Source: Guillardia theta CCMP2712 | Lineage: Eukaryota; Protista; Cryptophyta | Direction: 5' to 3' | Assembly: GCF_000315625.1 (NCBI RefSeq) | Contig: NW_005434431.1 | Coordinates: forward strand, 26,996-64,262 | DNA length: 37,267 bases | Shown here: positions 1 to 10,173 of the stretch, one piece after another | Position numbering within the stretch: the first letter of the stretch is position 1 | Layout: each line of letters opens with the position of its first letter | Position numbers and translations under genes: made by a program | Notes under the pieces: generated by a model | Told to the model about the DNA's origin: nothing | Seen by the model: the letters and a program-made list of their open reading frames with translations, nothing else | Database searches by the model: none

Positions 1-747
1 TGCATCTTCTATAGATTCCGATCGTGGAGAACACCATTTCAATCCTCGAACACACGTTTTTCGCGTGTTGTGTATCCCTTTTCTTCGCATTAAGTGTCGC
101 ATAAAATCATGTTTTGGTTCGCTGACTCAGCTTTTGAGTTTGTCGCATTCATCACTTTTTATATTTTTTTTCAAGAAAATAAAAAAACCAAACCCAAGCA
201 AATATTAACCACTGGAGGTACAATACTCATCACGAGTTTAGGAGACGAATTTGTGATTTTGGAATTTGGGATTCCTTGTGGAATCCTTTTGACGTATAAA
301 GGTTAAAATCTCGTAGTCACTGCATTGAATCAATGAACCGATGACACTGTTGTTCATACATCTGCTTTCCACATTTCCTCTGATTTCCAAGAAGACAACC
401 TTTTGCAACGCCGCCAGCCGCAGAAAGCGCGAATGAGAGTCAACATGTATTACCACAAAGATGAACACCCATCTACTATCCACTAAGCTCTTCCGATGAA
501 AACCACAGAAACAGAGTCATGAGCCTCTCGCGGGCGGGAGTTAAAGCCTTAATTTAAGGGGTACTCACGTATTACATTTTGTGCTGGGAAACATAACACG
601 TAACACATATGTACCCCCTATCTGCACTATATATTCATGTATAACCACCGGGTACTCCCACTCCACCTGTAATAGGAGGTTCATGAATTTGAGTCAATTT
701 CGAATTGCTTCTATATCGGGCTTGAAGCGCTTGCGAGAATCAAAGGA

Positions 748-1032
748 ATGATGCAGTCCTCCACACAGAACCTCACCCTCGGCGCGGCGTACCCAAACCC
801 GCTCACCTATGGTGACATCGACCATTATCTCAGTGCTGTCGAGTATGACACCGAGGTCTCCCCAGAGGAGTTGCATCAGCAGATCACAAAAGCCGCGCTG
901 AGATTCGTCCGGTCTAGGAACATCCCCGTGGACTCCAAGATCTACACGAAGGCAATCACATTCATGAATTCCAACTTCTGTCACATCAAGGGGGTCGAGA
1001 ACTATCTTGCAAAGTTGCTTGTTACGAAGTAG
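748..1032 (+). CDS. Small hypothetical protein (94 aa from ATG 748; frame is open back to 676, so an upstream exon is possible)
   Basis: Uninterrupted ORF with protein-like composition, followed by AATAAA at ~1039. No recognisable domain. Confidence 0.55.
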   Translation: MMQSSTQNLTLGAAYPNPLTYGDIDHYLSAVEYDTEVSPEELHQQITKAALRFVRSRNIPVDSKIYTKAITFMNSNFCHIKGVENYLAKLLVTK

Positions 1033-1035
1033 TGT

Positions 1036-1060
1036 GAAAATAAAAACGATTCTTTATTTC
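1036..1060. terminator. Shared bidirectional 3'-end/polyadenylation signal between convergent genes
   Basis: gaaaataaaaacgattctttatttc carries AATAAA on both strands as an imperfect inverted repeat in the 26-bp gap between two stop codons. Confidence 0.5.
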
Positions 1061-1577
1061 AAGAAAGACTCTCAACAGTCTCTACACCGCAGCTCTCCCA
1101 GAACCCGACGCTCTCGGGCAGTGGGTTCCATGCCTCCCTGATCCGGAGCTTCTGTACAAACAGGCGACCGAGCCCCTGTCTCCGCATGTCTGGCCTCACC
1201 CAGATACACTCCGCGATATCGTCTTGCATGATGCAGTAGCAGGGCAGCAGGTAATCACCGGGGTCACCGTTCATGTCCACACAGAAAAGAGGATCGAGCT
1301 TGCACCCCAGACGAAACATCTCCTCGGTCTCGATTACCTTGAGTCCATAAAGTGTTTTCTCTTTGAAAGCATTCAGAATAGTGTTATACGGCACATTTCC
1401 TGGGCTGCCCTCAATGATCTGTCGGAAGATGATCCAGAAATCACCCTCGTCCTCAACCCTGAAAGCGGTGGCATCCCCGTAGTGTTCCTTCCACAACACA
1501 CGCAACATCGCGTGTGAGATGCGATAATTCCTATGGAAGCTACACAAGCCTTCATACATCGGCCATTGTTCTTGCAT
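1059..1577 (-). CDS. GNAT-family N-acetyltransferase, intronless, 172 aa
   Basis: C-terminal IWVRPDMRRQGLGRLF (acetyl-CoA-binding motif A, R/QxxGxG) and PESVGFWESCG (motif B). Confidence 0.8.
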   Translation of the reverse strand: MQEQWPMYEGLCSFHRNYRISHAMLRVLWKEHYGDATAFRVEDEGDFWIIFRQIIEGSPGNVPYNTILNAFKEKTLYGLKVIETEEMFRLGCKLDPLFCVDMNGDPGDYLLPCYCIMQDDIAECIWVRPDMRRQGLGRLFVQKLRIREAWNPLPESVGFWESCGVETVESLS

Positions 1578-1579
1578 GA

Positions 1580-2005
1580 TGGGGTACTCAACGACTTGCC
1601 TTGAAGTTTTTTCGGGGTGGGGGGGGGGGGTATTTTTGGTACCATATACGGGTGGGGGAGGATGCTGGGGTGGGGGGTGGGGGTCGAAGAGTTTCCGAAT
1701 GATTCGGAGGGGGTCCGAAGGGAAGCGAATTACAATAAACTTTAGGGGGGCTAAAGTTGCCTAGAGAAGGGGGTAGGGTAGAGGATAATGGCCAAGAGGT
1801 GGGTAGGGGTGGGGTGAAGAGGCGCAAGTCCCTGCAGGGGTGGTGATATGGAAAAGTAGGAATGAGGGGTACATGGGATGATGAAAGGAATATGGAGGGG
1901 TGGGCTAAAAGGGGGCAATGGAAGATCAGGGGTGATCTTTACTCCTGCTGCAAGAAGATACCACCACCCGTCCTTACAAAGAAGAACTGGGGTGGGTGGG
2001 GTAGT
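1580..2005 (+). promoter_or_regulatory. G-rich, strand-skewed divergent intergenic region with GGGTA/GGGTG runs (G-quadruplex-prone)
   Basis: Dense G3+ tracts between the divergent starts at 1577 (-) and 2160 (+). The regulatory role is inferred from position only. Confidence 0.4.
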
Positions 2006-2159
2006 CAGCGAGTCAATCTTGGAAAAACGGATTGGTCGGGACGATTATAACAGGAGAAGGAAAGTTGTTACAAGACGACAACAACAACAAGTCTTGACGG
2101 TCTTGCGAACATCCCCCACACAACCATAACTCCGTTGACGAACAACCACACAGAAAATC

Positions 2160-5100
2160 ATGTCCAGCGCAGACCTTGCTTGCATTCCTGCAGGCCAACC
2201 AATGGTATGTGTTCCTTGCATGCTATGAAATGTTGACTTGATGATCGAGTGACTTTCGGGTGCAGAGCAACTTGGAAAGGCTGAAGAGCCTCCAGGCTGG
2301 TCTGTCAAAGAACCTTGCGGCAGTGACTCGGACGCTCTCCGGATCCAAACAAATCATCGAGGATGCAGAGACAGAAGTCGTAAAATATTTCGCTACCGTC
2401 CCGACAGACGAGGTACGTCTCCTCTTCCTCTCCTCCCCGTCCACTCTTCACCGTGACTGACCCCCTCCTCCTCTCCTTGTCCTCCCGCTCGCTGTCCTCC
2501 TCGCTCTTGACTCCTCGCGCTCCCTCCCCCAGTTGTCATCCAAGATCGCCTTCACCTTCAAGCGCTTCGACTCCGATCAAGGCGGCTTCCTCACGAGGTA
2601 TCGCCACTCCGCTACTGTCTGACGCAGCGAGCTGACGAGATCCAGGAATGACCTGGCGAGGGCGTTTGCGTTCATGGGGAAGCGGGTGAGCACGGAGGAG
2701 ATCGAGGCGTTGATGGACATCTACGACACCAACCGGGACGATCACATCGACTCGGTGCTTGCCATGGACGCTGCGAGAGGGGGGAGAAGCTGATGGGACT
2801 GCATGGGTGGCAGGGGGAGTTTGAGCACATGGTGCGGGTCAAGCTCAAGATCCCTTGCAAGCCCGACTGTCAAACCTGCAAGAAGATGTTCTCGTCTCCG
2901 AGCAGCAGGCCGGGAACATCCGACACGAGCGTACGAAGTCCGTCGGTGGTTTGCAAGTACGATTGCGGTTTCACGGGGACGGTAAGGCAGGTAGCAGAGC
3001 ATGAGTGTAGCTGCCCGCTGGCTCCATCATCGTCGACCTCTAACTCCAAGTTCTCCTCGAACAAGACCAAGTCAAGCCTATTCAACCGAACCCCCTCGGA
3101 CCCTACGGCTATGAGGGCAAGAAGGCAGACGGTAGCACTGGCGCGCCGCAACACGAAGTTCTATCATGTGCACGACAACGAGGGTGAAAGCACAATAGAG
3201 CAACGGCTGAGGAAACTCGAGCAGACAATCTCGAGCCATGAGATCTCGATATCGCGGACGCTCTCGACAGGAAGCAGGTAGGTCATAGTACTCCCGAATC
3301 TGCTCCCTCCCTCTCTCCTTTACAGTCTCTCTCTCTCCTTGTTCACAGCCTCTCTCTATAAGCCCTCTGCGATGCTGTCTGTGCTCGCTCATTCCTTTCC
3401 TGCCCTCAGCGTCCTGGAGAACAACAGCATGGTTGTCTTCGGAAGGCTGAGCGGCCTGTCGCCAGAGAAGGTGGGCGGCTCTTCTCTCAGGGGCAGACGC
3501 TGAGCCCTTGGGTTGCAGTTCGCGCAGAAGGTGCAAGACTTGTTCAAGTCCATCGACGTCGACGGGTCCAACTCGCTCTCTCGGTACCATCCGACCTGCC
3601 GGTGAGAGGGAGGGAGTGACTGGCGTAGGTCGGAGCTGCATAGCGCGTTTGCTCGGATGGGGCATGCCATGTCGAGCGAGAGCCTGGACAAGTGGATAGC
3701 GAGCTGCGACTCGGACGGGAACGGGGAGCTGGACATGGTGGGGAGGAGGGAGCCTGGAGGAAGGCAGAGGGACGACTGAGAGATGTGTGTTGCAGGAGGA
3801 GTTTTGTCACATCGCTTGCAAGGTGAACAAGTACCGCTGCCCGGCCACCTGTCCGGTATGCAAGCGGTCACCGGAGAAGGACGTGGACGACGACAAGGCT
3901 GCGGAGGAGAAGCGAAGGCTCAACTACGCTCAGCTGATGAAAGAAGTCATAGAGCCAGTGTGCAACCTCGCAGCGATCTACATCAAAGCGCAGGACGCAG
4001 ACTTCGACTTCAAGACGATCGAGCCCTTCATGGAGATCGTGACCTTCAGCGACGGCAACAGAATCTCCAAGAGCGGCAGCCTCACGGAGTCCATCATCTT
4101 CATCCTCCGCGGGCGGGTGGAGAAGCGGAAGAACAACGTCAAGCTCTCCATGCACAGCCGAGGGGATCACTTCGGGTCGCAGGAGATCCTAGAGCACAGG
4201 CCCCGACCGCACGACCTGATCGCTTGCGGGGCGTGCACGTGCTCGCAGCTGAAGCAGAGCCATCTGAAGCGAGCTGGGGTGATGCTGAAGCAGCTCGTGG
4301 AGCAGTTGGAACACACGATGCTTGATCACAGGCCGAAGGAGGCGGAAGCGACGTCGACAGTCTCACAAGGGGGCAGCGCTATCAAACCGATCGCTAACAA
4401 GATTGAGATAGTTCACAAGAAGCAAGAAGCTGCGCCAGGAGCTGGAGGGATAGACAGCCCGAACACCAAGAAAGATCTTCAAGACGTTCTGAGTCAAGTT
4501 GGGTCCCTGCTGGCTCGCGTGCCCTCCTTGAAAGCGACCAACGCCTCCTTCTTCGGCTCCCTGAGCGGGTTGAGTGGGATGGAGGTATTGACATTGACTG
4601 ATCCCCTACTACCTTCTTTCCCTCCCTCCTTACCTCTTGCTCTCCCGGTCCCTCTCCTCCCTCCTTGTCTGCGCCCTCGCTCCTACCTCCTTCCTCCCTG
4701 ACCTGGGGTGTTGCAGTTCTCTGCCAAGCTCAGAGAGATCTATGACGTGATGGACGCGGACAAGAGCGGCAAGATCGACCGGTAGAGTAGCACACGCAGC
4801 GGGGCGCGAGGGGCTGACGGGGAGCAGGAACGAGATCCAGGATGCTTTCCGCAAGATGGGGAAGGAGATCTCGGATGAGACGCTGGACAGCTTCATCGAG
4901 CAGACGGACGTGGACGGGGACGAGCAGATCGACCTGGTGAGAGACCAGAGAGACGAGCGGAGGAGGGAGAGGAGGAAGTGACGGCGAGAGCAGGAGGAGT
5001 TCGAGCACCTTGCGAGGGCACTGTACGAGCTTGACTGCGTGGAGGGCTGCAAGGTGTGCCGGATGTTCCCTACGTTGCAACGTGAAAAGAAAGCAAAGAT

Positions 5101-5893
5101 GAGAAGCATGATAGAGACGGTGAGGCGCGGGAGTGTGAGTGAGGCTGTGACGGAGAGTCTGCAGTCGAGCCTGCAAACTTTCTCGACGACGCTGATGGAC
5201 GGGTGGGCGCTACAAGATCAGCTGAAGGGGATGATCGATGACAGCTTCACTCGCCACTACTCCACTGAAGCCACCCTCGTCGACTCCTCCTCGTTCTCCT
5301 CCTCGTCCTCCTCCTCGTCCTCCTCGTCAGTGGTCAGATCCAACAGCGATCAGTGAGTTGCTTGATGTTGCACCAGAGCGATGACGATCGGAGCAGGTCG
5401 AACTTGCGTGTCTCATCATCTTCCGACGACAACAAGCAGGATGAGGAGAGGAAGGAGGAAGTCGCGCCAAAGCTCGAGAGCAGAGAGGAGCGGATGCGAC
5501 GCATGGCAGACGAGCTTAAGATGGAGTCAGCCAAGATGCACAACAGGAGGAGAAACTCCGAGCTCCATGTGAGTCTCTTGTGCGAGGCCTGTGCCCGCCT
5601 GCTGACGCTGCTGCTGTCTTGCTGTGACTGCAGCACATCGAGTTCCGCAACAAGATCGACAGGGACATCAACTTGGCCAAGAGCTACGAGAAAGGAGCGG
5701 TAGGAGAGGGGAGAGAGAAGCGAGAGGAGGAGGCGGGAGGGGGACTCGGGAGGAGGAGGGGGAGGGTGCCTGACGGTGCTGGCAGGGAGGGTCGGGCATG
5801 ACGCAGGCACAGCAGACTACCAACGAACTTCTGCACATGTTTGAGAAGGCGAAAAGGTTAGGGTATGTGAGGGACGGTGAGGATGTAGAGTAG
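2160..5893 (+). CDS. Multi-exon Ca2+/cyclic-nucleotide signalling protein: three EF-hand pairs, a cNMP-binding domain and Cys/His-rich motifs
   Basis: Spliced EF loops DSDQGGFLTRND, DTNRDDHIDSGE, DVDGSNSLSRSE, DSDGNGELDMEE, DADKSGKIDRNE, DVDGDEQIDLEE. CNB-like FILRGRV...GDHFGSQEILEHRPR. Short GT-AG introns join the exons in frame. Stop at 5891-5893, then AATAAA at ~5899. Confidence 0.8.
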
Positions 5894-6040
5894 AAGACAA
5901 TAAATGAACGTGTGATGATGTTTCCATTTTGTCATCAAGCTGAGAACTCCTCTTGCCCCTGCTCCTGCTCGACTCACCGGCTGCAAGCCTTCCTCTCCCT
6001 CCCTCCCCTTCCCCCACGATGCTGCATGGTCACTACCAAG

Positions 6041-7235
6041 TCAAGGTACCCTGAGGATTTTAATCTCCTTCATCGCCCCCTTCTCCTGCCACATCGGCCC
6101 CGCATCGTCGCCATGGCCTCAGGTCGCTCATCGTCGCCATGGCCTCAGGTCGCTCATCGTCGCCGTGGCCTCAGGTCGCTCATCGTCGCCATGGCCTCAG
6201 GTCGCTCATCGTCGCCGTGGCCTCAGGTCGCTTATCGTCGCCGTGGCCTCAGGTCGCTCATCGTCGCCGTGGCCTCAGGTCGCTTATCGTCGCCGTGGCC
6301 TCAGGTCGCTCATCGTCGCCATGGCCTCAGGTCGCTCATCGTCGCCATGGCCTCAGGTCGCTCATCGTCGCCATGGCCTCAGGTCGCTCATCGTCGCCAT
6401 GGCCTCAGGTCGCTCATCGTCGCCATGGCCTCAGGTCGCTCATCGTCGCCATGGCCTCAGGTCGCTCATCGTCGCCATGGCCTCAGGTCGCTCATCGTCG
6501 CCGTGGCCTCAGGTCGCTCATCGTCGCCGTGGCCTCAGGTCGCTCATCGTCGCCATGGCCTCAGGTCGCTCATCGTCGCCATGGCCTCAGGTCGCACATG
6601 CTCCATCACTCTGCTCGCGATCCGCTTGAGCCTCTCGTGCGACTCATAGCGAGAGACGGGCAGGAAGATGATATGCTCCATCATCCACTTCACGCACGGC
6701 AGCCGCTCCTCCTCCTCCTCCTCCTCCTCCTCCTCCTCTCCCCCTTCCCTCCTTCTTGCCCCTTTTTCCACCTCTTCCTCTCCTCTTCTCCTGCTTCTAG
6801 CTTCCTCCTCCTCTCCTTTGGTCCGCCTTCGCCTTGTTCTCTTCACCAGTGTGATCTGCGTAGATCCTGTGCTTGCGTCGATGCCATCTGCCTGCGTTCA
6901 CCACACGTGTGAAGAGACGAGGGAGAGGAGAGAAGAGGAGTGGAGAGGAGAGGAGAGGAGCGGAGGAGCCAAGGGACCTGAAGCTTGGTGACGAGCGAGC
7001 GAGGGTTCTTGACGAGTATGGGAAAGATCCAGAAGGAGTGCGACGAGGCGTCGAGGCCTGGCAGGAGGATGTTGGAGCCCACCAGCGGCTGAAGCAGCTT
7101 CACCATCTTCTGCCAATCACGAGGGATAAGAAAGTAGTAGGAGCAGGAGCAGGAGCAGGAGCAGGGAGGCAGGAGGCAGGAGGCAGGAGGCAGGAGGCAG
7201 GAGGCAGGAGGCAGGAGCAGGGAGGCAGGAGGCAA

Positions 7236-7275
<40 letters not shown>

Positions 7276-7327
7276 CAGGAGGCAGGAGGCAGGAGCAGGA
7301 GCAGGAGCAGGAGGCAGGAGGCAGGAG

Positions 7328-7373
<46 letters not shown>

Positions 7374-8368
7374 CAGGAGCAGCAGGAGCAGCAGGAGCAG
7401 CAGGAGGAGGTTACCATGCCGCACGTCCTGTTGTCTTGGTTGCCCCCGTTCAAGTGTCTTTCCATCCTCACGAGCATGGAGCGGAGGAGGGCGAGGCAGG
7501 GCCTTCGAGCGACTTTGCGGAGGAGATGGTGGGGAGAGACGTGCCTAGAGGATGTGAGGGGCAGAAGAAGCGAGCTGCTGCTGTCACCTGCCGAAACTTC
7601 GGACGAGGCCGACGAAGAGCCTCTGGTGGTCGACACCGAGGAGGCGGAGGATGAATATGATGAGCCCTGGGTACCAGGTCACAGGGACGGGAAGGGAGGA
7701 GGAGGAGAGCGCACAGAGCGGGAAGGGTCGTTGCAGGCAAGTGAGGATGAAGAACTTGAGACATCGGAAGAAGTAGCTGACGGTCCTCTGCCCCGACCAC
7801 CTTGACACTCTCAGGTCAGAACAAGTCAGAGGAAAGGAGAGCAGAGGAGAGCAGAGGAGAGCAGAGGAGAGCAGACGCAGGGACCACCGCGCATGTTGCT
7901 TCCTCAGCCTCCTGCAGAGCTCCTCCTCCTTCACTTTCATGATTGCCCCCTGCTAACTTGTCAGGCCAATGAAGAGCAGCAGGAGGAAGAAGGAAGCGGC
8001 AGCGGTGGTATAATAGGAGGGAAAGAGGAGGAGGAGGAGGAGGAGGAGGAGGAGGAGGGAGGGGGGAGCTGACCTGGAAGGCTGTCGCATACTTGATGGG
8101 GCCGAAGCTGAACAAGCTGACATCCACGTCCGGATGCCCCTGGTACTTGACGGGAGTCAGACGGCAGCTGCGGGTCACGTGGCCTCACCTGAGAGCTATC
8201 GAGAGCCTCCGCGCAATCCTCGACAAGGAAGAGACCATGCTCTCTCGCGATGCGAACAATCTCCGTCATGTCGTTCCTGTCATCATCTTCAATCTCTTCC
8301 TCCTTCTCACGATTGTCTTCATCATCTACATCATCACCATCACCGTGAATACATCATCATCATCATCG

Positions 8369-8441
<73 letters not shown>

Positions 8442-9430
8442 GTTGATCATCATCAACAACAACAACAACAACAATAACAACATCATCAACAACACCCCAG
8501 CTTACCTCGCTCCATAAACATGTGCGATGAAGATCATTCGAGATCGGCTGGTCACGGCGGATCGCTGGCGGGCAGGTCAGGTCGGTCAACCACGTTGGAC
8601 TCACCAGCTGCTGCATGTCGACATGGAGAGTGTTGATGGAGAGATCGACGGGGATGCAAACCTGAGAAAAGGTGAAGAATCGAAGAGGACGTGGGAAGAG
8701 GAGAGGGAGGAGCAGCAGCAGGAGCAGCAGCAGCAGGAGCAGGAGCATGGACTTGTTTCGTCGTCTGTTACCAGCCCGTGGAGCTCGAGGATCGCGGGGA
8801 TGTCAGGGATGTTCAACGCTGAGATGAGAACCTCCGACCCTCGAGGAAGAGACAAAGTCTGCAAGAGAAGATGCAGCCCGCTGAGCGACAAGTCAGAGCG
8901 AGCAGCAGGAGAGGAGAGGAGGGGAGGGGAGAGGGGGAAGGGGTGAGGGGGAAGGGGAGAGGGCAACTAGAGGAGATGAGGGCAGTAAGGGTGTGAAGGT
9001 ATTTGCCTCTACTCCTCTCTCCTCTCATTCCTTACCTGCGGACTGACAGCAAAGGGATCGAGTGATTCGCTCCTCCCCACAGGTTCACTATCGCCTCCTC
9101 CACTTCCTGCCTCTTCGTCTCTTGCCAAGACAAACAAGCCCGCATGCCGAAGAAAGCATCGCCGGGACCAGCATGTATCTGATTGACAACAAGGAGAACA
9201 AAAGACGCTTCAATCAAATAGTCCTCCTCCTCCTCCCCTCCTCCTCCTCCCCTCCTCACCTGAAGTGCGCAGTATTGTCGGAACCTTTCAGGAATCATGC
9301 CCAGCGTCGTCAATCGGACCTGCCTCTACATATCGACAGCTGACAGACTCTCGTCGCATCGCTGGATCGACATGGCGAGAGTCACCGGAGGACTTGGCAG
9401 ATCTGAAGTCACCGTCAACTTGAAGCTCAT
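6041..9430 (-). CDS. Multi-exon PLP-dependent aminotransferase, DegT/DnrJ/EryC1/StrS family
   Basis: Exons encode LPRGSEVLISALNIP, PVDL, AHVYG, GLFLVEDCAEA (PLP Asp) and FSFGPIKYATA (Schiff-base Lys), then SFWIFPILV and IFLPV. Start and last exon are tentative. Confidence 0.85.
6103..6595. repeat. 26-bp minisatellite, ~19 copies (catcgtcgccatggcctcaggtcgct), probably intronic
   Basis: Direct tandem repeat with only a/g and c/t variants and no spacers. Flanked on the minus strand by a gtgcga donor and a ggcag acceptor. Confidence 0.95.
7140..7410. repeat. (CAGGAG)n/(CAGGAGG)n low-complexity intronic repeat
   Basis: Mixed 6/7/9-bp units lying between aminotransferase exons. Confidence 0.9.
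8352..8493. repeat. (CAT)n then (CAA)n microsatellite, intronic
   Basis: About 30 CAT units followed by CAA units. Confidence 0.95.
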
Positions 9431-10173
9431 GGTGTGGTTGCCTCTTTTTCTCGTCGCTCTTCTCGCTCTTCTCGTCTATTTCACATCTTGACTCCAGCCA
9501 CTTCCTCTGCATGTTCTACCAGAGCCCTGACGGGAGATGCCATTGACTAGCTCCCTCTGATCCCCTCACGACATGTTCTCCCTTCCCTTCTCCTTTCACT
9601 TCGGTCTCTTCGCCTCTCCCTCCCCTCTCCCTCTCCATTCGCTTCGTTTGTCCTACATAAATTCCTCCTGTTTCCATGGTGACGCTACAAACTTGAAAAA
9701 TCAAGCCCGCCTCACCTTGGGAATTTTATCTTTTCCGCGAGGGGAACATGGATGGATCACTTCGGTTCAATTGCAATCAATTATTGAAATTTAATAGTAA
9801 TATATCATCTTTGACACGAAATATATGAAATAATTGTGAATATTTGAAAATATTCAGGCGCACGTGAAGAGTGGGATGGAGGGGAAGAATGGTGTAGAGG
9901 GGGACCAACAGGTCGGGGAGGAGGAGAGGGAGGAGGAGAGAGGAGAGAAGAAGAGAGAGGAGAGAAGAAGAGAGAGGAGAGACTATAAGAGAGAACAGAG
10001 AGAAAAGAAGAGGAAGCAGGAGTGAGGATGCGCAGCGAGAAGAAGGAAGGGGGAGGCAGGCAGGTCAAGAAAGGGCAAGTGAAAGGGACCGAGAGGAACG
10101 CGTGGCTGAGTGAAACCGCAAGAGACTTGAACCTGACAGGCTCGTGTTGCAGGTCATTCTGGTCAGAAGTTCA

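Noticed and set aside
94-483. Short ORFs 94..306 and 238..483
   Set aside because: Non-ATG starts, AT-rich composition and no motifs. Coding status is unsupported.
672-751. Shine-Dalgarno AGGAGG before ATG 683 with an ATGA overlap into ORF 748 (prokaryote-like coupling)
   Set aside because: The spacing is only 3 nt, and the 748 frame is open back to a TAG that could be a splice acceptor. Chance is likely.
748-1577. GNAT toxin-antitoxin pair
   Set aside because: The genes are convergent rather than operonic, the small ORF shows no RHH-like signature, and the context is eukaryotic.
6103-6595. CRISPR-like array or repeat-protein ORFs open in three frames
   Set aside because: Units are contiguous with no unique spacers and there are no cas genes. 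The + strand ORFs are by-products of a stop-free 26-bp unit antisense to a real gene.
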